Made by a program: the position numbers and the translations under genes | Part shown: in pieces, positions 27,700 to 39,795 of the stretch | Position numbering within the stretch: position 1 is the stretch's first letter | Layout of the letters: each line of letters opens with the position of its first letter | Assembly (NCBI GenBank): GCA_050613775.1 | Contig: JBODTK010000014.1 | Coordinates: 930,001 to 994,000, forward strand | Length of the DNA: 64,000 bases | Reading direction: 5' to 3' | Origin: Neocallimastix sp. 'constans' | Taxonomy: Eukaryota | The notes under the pieces: generated by a model | The model's input: the letters and a program-made list of their open reading frames with translations, nothing else | The model's database searches: none | Told to the model about the DNA's origin: nothing

Positions 27700-29730
27700 T
27701 TAATTTTTGTTAAATTCTTCAAAGAGTTTAGGGCAATTAAGGTATTCTTCTAATTCCAAAGATGCTTCAGAAAAGGGAAATCCTTTCCATTTAATAAAAT
27801 ATTGTGTTTTCCCATAACGAGTACGTTTATCTAAAATTTGTTCTATTTCGTACTCTTCTTCATCATTTACGGTAATTGGTGGTGGTTTTTGGTTTCGTCC
27901 ATAATTGTCTTCATAAGACCGTTCCAAATCTGGGACATGAATAACAAGATGAATTCTGATATTTTTTGGTAGTTCTAGCTTATACGATACTGGAGAAACT
28001 TTACTTAAAATCTTGAATGGTCCTAATTTTCTAGGTTTAAATTTCTTGTTGCCATTTTTTTATAATAAGAGAACTATTTATCCAGACCTTATCATTTTTC
28101 TTGAATTCTGGAGGTTCCATTCAATGTTTATTTTTATATATTTTCTTGATTTTTTGAAAGCTAATGATTTAATATTTTCCTTTAATTCTTTTGTTAATTC
28201 TGCTAAGTTATTAACAAGATCTTAAGCTCTAGGTACTTCGATATCTGTTGGAACTTCAGGAGAATGTCTTGGATTAAAAATCATAATTAGAAAAAAAGGG
28301 CGAGTGGTTAGTTGATTCTGGTATGGCATTGTTATAATTAAATTCTGCTAAATAAAGAAAATCATCACAATTTGATCCTTTGAGATTCGTATAACATTTA
28401 AGATACTGCTCAATAAAGGAGTTAATCCTCTCCGTCAATCCTTTTGGTTTGATGATGAAATGGTGAAGAACATTTAAGTTTAATATTGAGACCTTTAACA
28501 GACCACAGTCCAAAATTTAGAGGTGAACTGGGTACCTATATGGGAAAGAATATTGTTAGGAAGTCCGTGATAGCAGAAAGTATAATTGAGAAATGCAGCG
28601 GCAGTATCAGTGACAGAAGGAACATTCGGAAAAGGGTAAGATGGTACATTTTTGAAAGACGATCAGTAACGACAAAAATGCAAGTAAATCCATAGGATTT
28701 GGGTAAATCAGTTATGAAATCCATTGAAATAAAGAACTAAGGGGGATCTGGAATATCGAGAGGATTGAGAAATCTATAAGGTTTGTGCCTGATGGTTTTT
28801 TGAGTGGCAACAAATTTCATACGAACGAACATAGTTTTTAGTATCAAGATTGGAAGATGGCCATCAAAAGTTATGATTTAGAAGATTAAAAGTTTTCTTT
28901 ATTCCAAAGTATCCAGAGGAAAGAGAGTCATGGCAAATGTTTAAAAGATAAGTTGAACAATTAGGTGGAACGTAGAGTTTATTATTGAAAAGTAAAAAAG
29001 TTATTACAAAAAGAAAAATTTGCCAATCGTGGGATGAGGAATAGGGAGATTCTTGCTATTTAGGTATTCATAAATACTACGATAAAATTCATCTTTTTGC
29101 ATTCATTGAGAATTTTATTGGAAAGTTTTGATTTAGAAGAAACTGAAACAAGGAAGTTTTTCGGGGTGTAGAACAGAAAATGGAATGTCTCCAGAAGATG
29201 AATCAATAGAAGGTGGAATATAGTCTGTTCATTTGAAGATAGTAGGCATATTGATTTATCGGCTGTTTTTTCCGGCCCTTTCTTTTTATGAAGTTTTATT
29301 TGTTTTTTCATTTGAGCTTTCTTTCAGAGTTTCATTTTCTGTATGAGCAGATGATTCAAAAGTAACATAAGTATTAGGGATAACAGGATAATTTTTTATA
29401 CAGTGATTTGATTTAAATTGAAGAGTCTTTAAAGAAAAATCAATGTCTGGGTTATACGTTGCAAGCCAATTGACCCCTAAGATTGCACAATAAGGTGGTA
29501 GATATGGTTATTATAACTTATTGATATTGGAAGTGTTTAACCTAAAATTTATTGATTTCCTCCTCTACCTCATACCTCGGGATGATCTGCTTCATTGGTG
29601 TAAGGAATGTTATTTTCCTTAGCAAAGAAAACGTTAATAAGATTTAGTTGAGAACCACAGTCAAGTAAAACTTTTGCTTTGGTGGTTGTTTTTAAAATTT
29701 TAAAGGTAAATTCAAATATGGGAATTTTAT
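27700..29730 (-). mobile_element. Decayed, internally deleted chromovirus pol: protease, integrase and chromodomain, with RT/RNase H largely missing
   Basis: Minus strand: LLDCGSQLNLI (about 29635-29670), integrase [43 protein letters not shown], and chromodomain EYEIEQILDKRTRYGKTQYFIKWKGF. Confidence 0.88.
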
Positions 29731-30299
29731 GTAGTACTAACATATTATTACAAACCGAAATTTTAATTTAATTTCCCATAAGTGATACTAATTTTAACCA
29801 TGCTAATTTATATTCAAATAATTTTTATTAATATTTATATTTAAATATCTATATATATATGAATTAAATAATTTATATATTATTAAATTTTAATAATGTA
29901 TTTAAAGTTTAATTAAAAGTTAAGATGAATTACCAAATAATACATCATCATTTACGCTAAATCCTCAATTACCATGTAAACAGTGTAAATAGTCCAAATT
30001 TTAATGAATCAAATTTCAATGTAAACAAAACAATTTTGTAGATTCAACCATAAATAATTACACAACTAATTATGTAAAATAAACAAAATTTAAAATTTAT
30101 ATGAATTATAACAATAGTTACAAGTAAATCAAAAATAAAAAGCCACATTTATACTTAATACTTTGAACTATACTATAAAAAATTATAAAAATTTCCAAAA
30201 TATTTATTCAAAAAATTCAAAAAATAATTTTGAACATTAAGATGTATTTAATTTTAATTAAGTTATTTATTCATTTTTATTTAATAATGATGAAAATGC

Positions 30300-30620
30300 T
30301 TATTTTGAGGAAGAAGAAAAAGACTTTGAAATTGCAGATATTCCAGAAGCATATAGAGATTTAATAGAAATTTTGTATTGATTATAAAAAACTTAATGCT
30401 GTTACAGTTAAAAATTCATACCCATTACCTTTAATAACTGCTATTACTGAACGAGTTCAAAGAGAGAATTATTTTTCCAAGTTAGATCTTCGCTCTGTTT
30501 ATAATTTAATTGACATTAGATAATTTGACAAATGTAAAACCGTTTTTCGTATAAAATATGGACATTACGAATATCTTGTAATTATATTTGGATTAACAAA
30601 CGCACCTACAACTTTCAATT
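30300..30620 (+). pseudogene. Ty3/gypsy reverse transcriptase fragment
   Basis: Reads [51 protein letters not shown] with lesions. Confidence 0.8.
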
Positions 30621-32014
30621 TATTATTATTTTTTTTAAATGATATTTACTAGTTTTTTAATACTAATATTTTTTATACAAAAATTTTTTATTTATTTTCA
30701 ATAATTTAATTGTTAGTTAAATTCATGTAATGAAAATATCTTTTTATTTTTTATTCTTATTTTTCAGTTATGAAATAATAATAATTAATATATATATAAA
30801 TTAATGAATAAATAATAAAACAAATATATATATTTTTATTATAAATATAGTAATAAATTAAAAAATACAATCTTATTATTTTAAAGATAAATTATATAAT
30901 TGTCATCATTTATTATTATTATTATTATATATTTTTTTATTTATTTAGTTATGTATTTATTATATTACTATAAAAGAACTGTTTTTAAATATATATTAAA
31001 AATACTTATTAAATCATATTTATTTTATAATTTAATGGATATTTATAACATGAAAAATATAATATTATAACTATAGTCTATATAATAGTAAAATACTAAT
31101 ACTAATACTATTATTACTAATACTACTAGTTTAGTTTCATCAAAACCTAATTACACAAAATTATTTTAAAAATTTTTATCTTACTAATATATTATATAAA
31201 ACATAAATATTAAATTTTATATTAACAAAATATTATCAAAATAAAAAAAAAAAAAAAAAAAATTAAATCATAAAAATAATACCTTTTTTTTTTATTTTTT
31301 AGTTTTTAGACTTTAAAAATGAATTATTTAAATTTTTTTTTATATTATAAAAGAATTCAAAAAAATAATAAAAAAATTTATTAATGATATAATATAAAAT
31401 TAAGATATAACGTGACAATTTTAAAAAAAGAAGTAAATAAACATAAAAAACTCAAATAAATGCTCTTTCAAAAAAAAAAAAAAAAAAAAAGGAAAAAGAA
31501 AAACATTTAAAAATTAATGATTTTATATTATATCAATTATTATTATTATTTTTTTTTTTGATATAGTATGCCAATTTTTAGAAAATAAATAAATATATAT
31601 TTAAATAAATAATTATAACATTATATCAACATATATTTATTATTATATAAATTAAAAAAAAAAAAACATTAATATTAGGTATATCTTCAACAATTACATT
31701 ATATGAAAACACTCTAACTGTAGTTTTAATAATTTGTCTTATTAAAAGCATTGGATTATAGACATTCAATTAAATATTGGTGATATATTTATCATGACAA
31801 TATTTAACTTATAATACAATTTAAGCATTACTTTCTAATAAACTAATTGAAAAAAAAAATTCATTAGGATCTATAATGATAAAGGATGGAGGGTATATTT
31901 AGTATTTATTTTTTTTGACTTGGGTTATTATGTAAAAAAAAAAAAAAAAGACATTCACTAAAAGAAGAAAAAAAACACATTCGTTAAGAGAGATAAAAAA
32001 AAATATTTATATAC

Positions 32015-32021
32015 AAAAAAA
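32015..32021 (-). terminator. Pol III oligo-T terminator of the tRNA-Val gene
   Basis: T7 run on the minus strand, 5 nt past the discriminator base. Confidence 0.75.
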
Positions 32022-32026
32022 GCAAA

Positions 32027-32099
32027 TACCCAAACCCGGGTTCGAACCGGAGACCTTTTGCGTGTAAAGCAAACGTGATAACCACTACACTATTTGGAT
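32027..32099 (-). tRNA. tRNA-Val (anticodon TAC), intronless, 73 nt
   Basis: Minus strand ATCCAAA-TA-GTGTAGTGGTTATCACG-TTTGC-TT[TAC]AC-GCAAA-AGGTC-TCCGG-TTCGAAC-CCGGG-TTTGGGT-A folds into a cloverleaf with intact A-box and B-box. Confidence 0.96.
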
Positions 32100-32114
32100 A
32101 TTTTTAAGTATTTT

Positions 32115-33808
32115 CGATAAAGAATGCCCAAATAATGTTCTTTTGGTTATTCATCTTAAATGATTTGTTAAGATAATAACTGAATTTCAATTCAATTTCA
32201 ATTTCAATAATTCAGTTATTTGAATTTCAATATTAATAAAAAATAATAATATAATAATTTTTATTAAATTAACTTTATTAAAATATTTAGGAATTAGTCT
32301 AGGCCAACTAATTACTAAATATTATTAACATATTGAATTTAATATATATTAAATAATGTAAACACGTGATTGTCATATTAAATTAATTTCTACATATTAT
32401 ATTTTAATTATAAATTATAATATTTAGCAATATTTAATTCTTATATTTTATTTATATTAAATATTTATATTATTATCTAACTTTATATTATCAATATCAA
32501 ACTTATATTAATATTATTTACATATTCATATTAATGATTAATATTTTAATAATTAATTATTTTATATAAATACATGTTTAAATTCTTTTGATTAATCCTT
32601 TGTAGGATTATTATAATTTAAATTATAGTAATAATTATATAAAATAATAATGTAATAAAATATTATTAAGATTAAATAAAATTTATATTTTAAATAAAAA
32701 ACTTAATTATAAAATTTACTAATAACAATATGTTTTAAATAAGAGTAAAATTAAGTTATTAATTAATTACTATAATTTGGCATCTTGACCTAATCGTTAA
32801 GACCAAATTATCTTAAAACTTTAACATGATTTATTTAACCCTTAAATAAATTATTTGATTCTTTATTCTTTTGGAACTTTCTATAATCTAATAAATTCAT
32901 CCATATTCCTAATTAGTACAAATTAAATTATACTATTTAATAAAGTGTATTTAATATTAATTCCTTATCTATACTACTTTTATTATTCTTATCTATATTT
33001 TATTATTATTAAAATCCTTATCAATATTATATAGTTTATTTTATCAATTTTCTTAATAGTTTATCAAAATCTTATCAATAATTCTTTTATTAATATTAAA
33101 CTTATCAATATTAATTATTTCTTTGGAAAATTCCAGATTAAAAATTGTATTAATGATTACTAATAAAAAAAAAAAAAAAAAAAAAATTAAACATAAAAGA
33201 AAATAGTTATATTATTATTATATGTTTTATTATAAATATTATATTATAAATTTGATGAAATGATTATAAATTTTATATTAACAATTTAAATAATATTATT
33301 TTTCTAAACTTAGTAAAATTAAACTTTAGGATTAAATAAATATTACTAAACCACAGAATTAATTTCTGTAAAATAAAAAAATTGTCTTTTAAAATATATA
33401 ATTAAGTAGATTAGTAATAAATAATTAGTAATAGATTAATATATAAGCATTATTTATTAATAGTAAATAATAATTATATTAACAATAAAAAAAAAAAAAA
33501 ATAATATAAAAATTATTAATAATAATTAATTTTTATTATACAAAGAAATGGCTTTACCATTTCTATTATTTTAAGAAAAAAATATAAATAACAGTAAAAA
33601 AATTGTATTTTTTTTATATTGTAATTCTAACATTATAATTTTTAAATAAAAAAATTTAATAAAAGAATTATAAAAATCAAATTTTAAAAAGTTATATTGT
33701 TTATTTATTTTTTTTTGTTTATATTAATCTTTTATTTTTATTTTTATTATTGTTTTAATTTTGTTTATAATTTTTGAATAATTTTTATAAAAACCCCGAA
33801 CCAAACCA
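32115..33808 (+). repeat. 5' LTR of element A, interrupted by solo LTR X1
   Basis: Matches 39796-40822 apart from a few substitutions (it starts CG rather than TG) and the 32166-32826 insertion; ends ..CCCCGAACCAAACCA. Confidence 0.93.
32166..32826. mobile_element. Solo LTR X1 nested 51 nt inside the 5' LTR of A; 5-bp TSD TGATT
   Basis: TGTTAA..TTAACA termini, TGATT at 32161-32165 and 32827-32831, absent from the 3' LTR, second copy at 62225-62874. Confidence 0.92.
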
Positions 33809-33815
33809 TAAAATT

Positions 33816-33833
33816 TGGTGGAGATATCGGGGA
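33816..33833 (+). promoter_or_regulatory. Primer-binding site of A, complementary to a tRNA-Ala-type 3' end
   Basis: TGGTGGAGATATCGGGGA; the complement ends ..TATCTCC-A-CCA with U70, the G3:U70 alanine determinant. The same 18-mer occurs in element B. Confidence 0.8.
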
Positions 33834-34648
33834 AAGTTAGGATAAAATTTAAATAGAATTAAAATAATAGCTTTCTTATAAAACTTTTTTTTTTATTTAT
33901 TAAAATTATAGGAAGTGATAGATAATTTTTTTTATCGGTGAAACTTCCTTTATATATTATTAGAATTTTTATAACCTGTCTTTCTTGCTTATTGGATTTA
34001 GTACGATTTAGAAGCGTACTTAGCCAAATCGCAAGAATTAGGAAGTTTTCAGGTTAGTTATCCTCAAGGGTAGGTTGTAGTGACAACTATTCTTGGGTTC
34101 TGGCCGTTCTGTTGGTTTGACAGCAGAAGCGCCCGTGTAAGTGCTACATGAAGCCGTAATAGGCGAGCTGGGCTAACTTACATACTACTTCCTATGTTTT
34201 GGTATAAGTACGGAAAATTTCCGGAAATGCCGTTAAGCAGAAAGATAAAATAAAATTTTTAATAATATTAGTAAATTTGTATATTTTTAAATTTGTTATA
34301 CTTTTTTTTTATAATAAAACAAACAAACAAACAAAAAAAAAAATTTTTTTTTTAATATTCCTTAAGTTATATTTAAAATTTGTTTTAATTTAATATTGAT
34401 AATTGAAATATACTTTTCTTATCAAGATTGAATTAAACAAGTTATATCAGCATAAACAAGCCTTACTAGCTGTCAAGAGGGGGATAGTAGGGGTAATATT
34501 AAGATCCTGAAGCGTGTGACGGAACATAGATCACGTGAATAGGGTGACGGAATGAATATTATCGGACGAAAGACCCATAAGTTAGTAGTTTATTATATAT
34601 AACTTGGTCGGTAGTTCAACTTGATAATAACAATATTAAATTAATTTC

Positions 34649-34697
<49 letters not shown>

Positions 34698-34957
34698 TAT
34701 ATATAAGCTTCTAAATAAATATAATTCAAATAATAAGTTCTGTTGAGTGGGTCGAAAAGGAATTCGAGCTCAATTGTTTAACGAAATAAATATTCATATC
34801 TAAGTGGGTCGAAGAGGAATTCGAGCCTAGGATAAAATTTTATTTTTATTATTATTAATTCCATACTGAAGTAATCAACTTGTTACCTTATCAAAACCCA
34901 ATATTATATTATCCTATTTTACTATATTATTCAAATCTCAACAAGACAAACCATAGA

Positions 34958-35805
34958 ATGGCTCTAGATTTCAAGGAATTGAAGTTCTTTCTAAAGAAAA
35001 TTTAGATATCCAGACTTGGTACTCTGATATACAACTATGGGCTGAGTTACAAGATGTAACGGATCCAAAGAAAATTTTTATTGCATGTGTCCTGACTTCC
35101 AAAGGTGAACCAAGAAAAATTATTCAGCAACTAGAAAATAAGGACCAGGAAGAAGATGAAGAATCTGAAGATGATGATGAGGACTCAGAAAATGAAGATC
35201 CAGTAACTGGGTATCCCTCATTACCTCAAATAGTTGAAGCTCTGGAAACTTTTTATGGTGTGAAGGAAGATCAAAACCAACTCCTCAGAGAACTTCGCGC
35301 TTTAAAAATTGGAAGATTTGAAAAAGTCAAAAACTTCAATAAAAGGTACAGGTCACTATATCTAAAGTTAAATAAACAGAAAAAGAAACAGGTGAGCGTA
35401 TTAGACTATGCGGAATCATTACAAAATAATAAAGAAGCCTGGAAAAGAGTATCATTGAAAGACGAGATCTCTTTAGAAAAAGCCTTTACTGTTGCTGAAA
35501 AAGTAGATCGCTTGAGTTTAATCAGAGGAAATGACAACGGAAACTCTAGTATTCAACAAAATCCATCGAATAATAATCATAATAATCACTCAAATCAAAG
35601 TTTTAGAAGAAAACCAGTAGTAGAACAAAAACCTATTGATAAGGGAATTGAGAGGGATGAGTTAGTATACAAAATGAGGAATCTCACTATTAAAACTTGC
35701 TATTTCTGTGGAGAGAAAGGACATTACCAACAACAATGTCCTAAACTTAGAGCAATCATCGAAGATAACAAAAATAAACTTTTTAGTAAAAATTTAAATC
35801 ATTAA
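34958..35805 (+). pseudogene. gag: gag of element A, frameshifted near codon 8; CCHC zinc knuckle
   Basis: MALDFKEL, then a frame change to EVLSKENLDIQTW, homologous to gag B ISKENLDVKTW; C-terminal CYFCGEKGHYQQQC. Confidence 0.88.
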
Positions 35806-35846
35806 TAGGGAGAAGAAGCACTCCCGTCGTCAATAAAATAGCTTCT
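35793..35846 (+). promoter_or_regulatory. Putative -1 ribosomal frameshift signal of A (T_TTA_AAT plus H-type pseudoknot)
   Basis: Heptamer 35793-35799, 8-nt spacer, stem 1 GGGAG/CTCCC, stem 2 AGAAGC/GCTTCT. The -1 frame is open into the pol ORF. Confidence 0.8.
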
Positions 35847-38800
35847 GTCAATTATCAGTCTTCTAATGAAATTAATGGAAACGAAATTGAAGAAGTCGAG
35901 GAAGATATAGAACTTCGTTCTTCTGATTTTGATGAGGAATACAATATTCTTTGTGCCATGAAAAGGAAATTAGATCAACTCAGTAAAAAGGTTGAGGCTA
36001 ATGCAGAAAAGAGAAGGTACAAAACACTAAAAGACCAACCTCGTTCAATTTCCACTCCTGCTCTTAGAAAAAGAAGAGAACTAGAAATGACTGATAAGAA
36101 TATGGACACTCTACCTCCTCCAACCCAACTTCATCCTTCTATTATCGCTCAACCAAGTATCAATAAAGAAAAAAAAATTGAAAAGGAATTGAGAGATAGA
36201 GAAAGAGAGGAAGAAGCTAAAAGAATGGATTACCATCCTACAACTACAATTGAAGAAGATATTCAATCAAAAGAGAAAAAGAAGGATAAGACCAAACAGG
36301 AATCTAGTACGACAGCGACGATTGAGAAAATTTCTAACTTACAAAAATCTGAAAAACTAAATAATACAAGAAGAAGCAAGATGTATAGAAATATCCAATT
36401 AGTATCCAATGTAGAAGATTATGACGTGGCTACTGATCTTAACTCTACTAAATGTAATATTACCTTTGGTCAATTGTTCAATGTTGCGCCAAAAATACGA
36501 GCTCAAGTAACGCAAGGTCTTAGGCTAGAAAAAGACTCGTCAAAAATTACTGGTGCCATCGATAATGTCTATGCTTCTGCGGTATTAGTAAATAATATTG
36601 ATCATTCCTATATTAGTAAATGTAAAGAAGTGCAAGAAGATGATATTGCCATGGTAGATGCCTCAGTAGATGGTGTTCCTGGTAAACTGCTTATTGACTC
36701 ATGCAGTAATCTTAGTATAATTACTAAAAGGTACTTGGATAAGTTACCAAATCAATATGAGCCCATAGGAATTAGTCGTGGAAAAATTCGTTTAGCTACT
36801 CAAAATGATGAGTATTCAGAAGGAATAATAATTAGAGTCCCTGTCATAATTGGAAATCTTACGTTTGATGTCGACTTTAGAATAATAGATAAGGAAGAAC
36901 CATTCTATGATATGCTTATCAACCTAAAAACACAAGTTGATAATAAACTTTTTATTCATCCTATTAGATATTGCCTTTGTCAAGTTAAACCAGATGGTTT
37001 AGTTGATAATATTGCCTCAATAAATAATCAACCTTTAGAAGAAGACAAATTGTTATGTATGCTCAAGAAAGTTCCTGAAGAAGGAGACTTAAAGAATAAT
37101 TTAAAGAAAATCGAAGGATTACCTCCTAAGGAATATATTCATCATCCAAATTTTAAAGCTTCCTTAAATGAAAAATATCGAGATACAATTATTGCACTAC
37201 TTGAAAATTTCATTGTAGTAGTAGCAACTTCCACAGAAGAACTTACACCTTCAAAACTTAAACCCCACAAAATTAAACTTAAAGCCAATGCCAAACCATT
37301 TAAACAACGATACTACAGGTTATCAAAATTTAAGTCAGACATACTTAAGAACGAGATAATTAAATTAATCCACAAACAATTGATCGAACCTTCTTGTTCA
37401 GAATGGTCATCCCCAATTGTCTTGGTACCAAAACCAAACGGAAAATGGCGTTTATGTATAGATTATAGAGGAGTAAATGATCGAACTGAAAAAGATGCTT
37501 AACCAATTCCCAATATTGATGAAATTTTTGATTGTTTAAATGGAGCTGTTGTATTTACAACAATGGACCTTTATTCTGGATATCACCAAATTAAAATGGA
37601 AGAAGATAGCATAGAAATGACCACTTTTACTACTAGATTCGGAAATTACCAATTTAAAGTCATGCCATTTGGATTAACTGGTGCTCCAGCTACCTTCCAA
37701 CGAGAAATGAATCGTATTTTATTTCCTCTCATTGGTAATTGTGTTTTCAACTTTATTGATGATATCCTCATTTTCTCCAAAAGTATTGAAGAACACATTG
37801 AACACATTAAACAAGTATTAGAAATCTTCAAGGAAAATGACCTAAAAATTAACATTGAAAAGTGCCACTTTATGCAAACTGAAGTAGATGTCCTTGGCCA
37901 TAGAGTTACCACTGAAGGACTAAAACCAATTGATAGTAAGGTGGAAGCTATTAAGAATTGGAAAGCTCCTTCTGACGTTCATGACCTTCGCTCATTCTTA
38001 GGATCAGTGGGATATTATCGAGATTTCATCCCGAACTATGCTCAAATAACTGCTCCTATCTGTAAGTTGCTTAGAAAGGGAGTTACGTATGAATGGAACG
38101 AACAACACCAGGAAAGATTTAATCTACTTAAGGAAAAATTGATTAATGCACCAATTCTTAAGTATCCAGATTTTGAGAAAGAATTTATCATTCGAACAGA
38201 TGCTTCGTATGAAGGAATTGGTGGAGTACTACTACAAAAGGATGAAAATGATGTAGAACATCCAGTGCACTTTGTAAGTCGAAGTCTTACTAAAGCTGAA
38301 AAGAATTATGGTATAACAGACTTAGAAGGAACCGCATTATATTATTGCATCACCAAGCTTAAACCATATATCATGGGAAGTCCGTTTATAACTATCGTCT
38401 ACACTGATCACAAACCCCTACTTGGACTATTTAAAAATAAGGAACCCAACAATGCTCGACAAACTAGATGGTGCCTCACGGCTAGTATGTTAAAAGTTGA
38501 CATTCGTTACGAACAAGGGAAAAAGAATGTGGTTGCTGATGCCTTATCTAGAATGAAGAATCTTGAAGAAAAGAAAGTATTAGCAACCAAAATTAGTAAT
38601 AATGAAGAAAACGATCTGCTATCCAAAGTTATTAAAGAATTCATTAACGAAAAGTTTACAAAAATAGATGGAGTAGAATACTTCATTGATGGAAACAATT
38701 ATAGGAAATTAGTCACAGAAACTGACGAAAAGTTAAAACTTATATTCGAAGCTCATAAAATCGGCCACGATGGTTATTACAAAACATACCAACGCTTGAG

Positions 38801-39772
38801 GAAAAGTTACTACTGGAATGATATGGTGAATGACATTAAAAGAGTCATATCCAAATGTGCCAAATGTCAATTGAATCGACCGCAACCTTACCCAGAACCC
38901 ACGGAAAATATTCCAACTCAAGTGGAAGGTCCATTTACACATCTTGGTCTAGATATTATAGGTCCGCTAAAACCAACAAGTAACAATAACCAATATATTT
39001 TAGTAGTAGTAGATTACTTTACTAAGTGGGTAGAAGCCGAGCCTACTGAAAGTATTACTTCTAAAGATGTAGTAAAATTCTTAATTAAAGTTTTCGCTCG
39101 TCATGGAGTTCCCCAAGTTATTACTACTGACAATGGGGTACAATTTACTTCCGATATGACCAAGGTATTTCTCGATTTGTACGATGTTTATGTTAAGTTT
39201 GTTTCTACTTATCATCCTGAAAGCAATGGATTGACGGAAAATAGGAACAAAGAAATAGGCAAGCTATTACGACTTCTAGGAACCGAAAATAGAGATTGGG
39301 ACGAAGTATTACCGTCGGCTCTTTGGGCTCTTAGAACAGTTAAAAATTCTACAACTAATCATTCAAGTTTCGAATTAGTGTATGGCCGAGAAGATCAGCA
39401 ACCCTTTGATATCGCAGCTAGACCGACTAAGGGAATTAATAAATCATCTGATGAAATCTTACTGGAAAAGTTTATCAATCATTATCGCTGGACTATGGAA
39501 GCTTGTGAAAATATCAAGAATGCCAATAAATATTGGGCTGCCAGACGAGAAGAAAAACAGAGCTGGAATAAAGCTAAAGAAATTAAAGCCGGAGATCTTG
39601 TGCTTGTTAGAAACTTTAGTAGAACTAAGTTGGAACCCTACTTTGTTGGACCATTAAAGGTAATTAAAAGGCAATTCAATACTGTTACTCTTGCAGACGT
39701 CAAGACCGGAATTCAAATGAACAGAAAGTTCATGTAAAGAATATAGTAAAGTATAACTCAGCTTTGGTATAG
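35793..39772 (+). pseudogene. pol: pol of element A (PR, RT, RNase H, IN; no chromodomain); nonsense codon at 37500-37502 and 1-bp frameshift near 39728
   Basis: LLIDSCSNLSII; WSSPIVLVPK..WRLCIDYR; MPFGLTGAPATFQ; NFIDDILI; TDAS..TDHKPL..VADALSR; HHCC and D,D35E integrase motifs. Confidence 0.93.
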
Positions 39773-39795
39773 CTTGAGTCTTTGTGGGGGCATCT

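Noticed and set aside
34500..34580. Hammerhead ribozyme-like CTGA..GAAA motif in the leader of A
   Set aside because: The core reads CTGAAGC rather than CTGAnGA, and I could not build the three stems.
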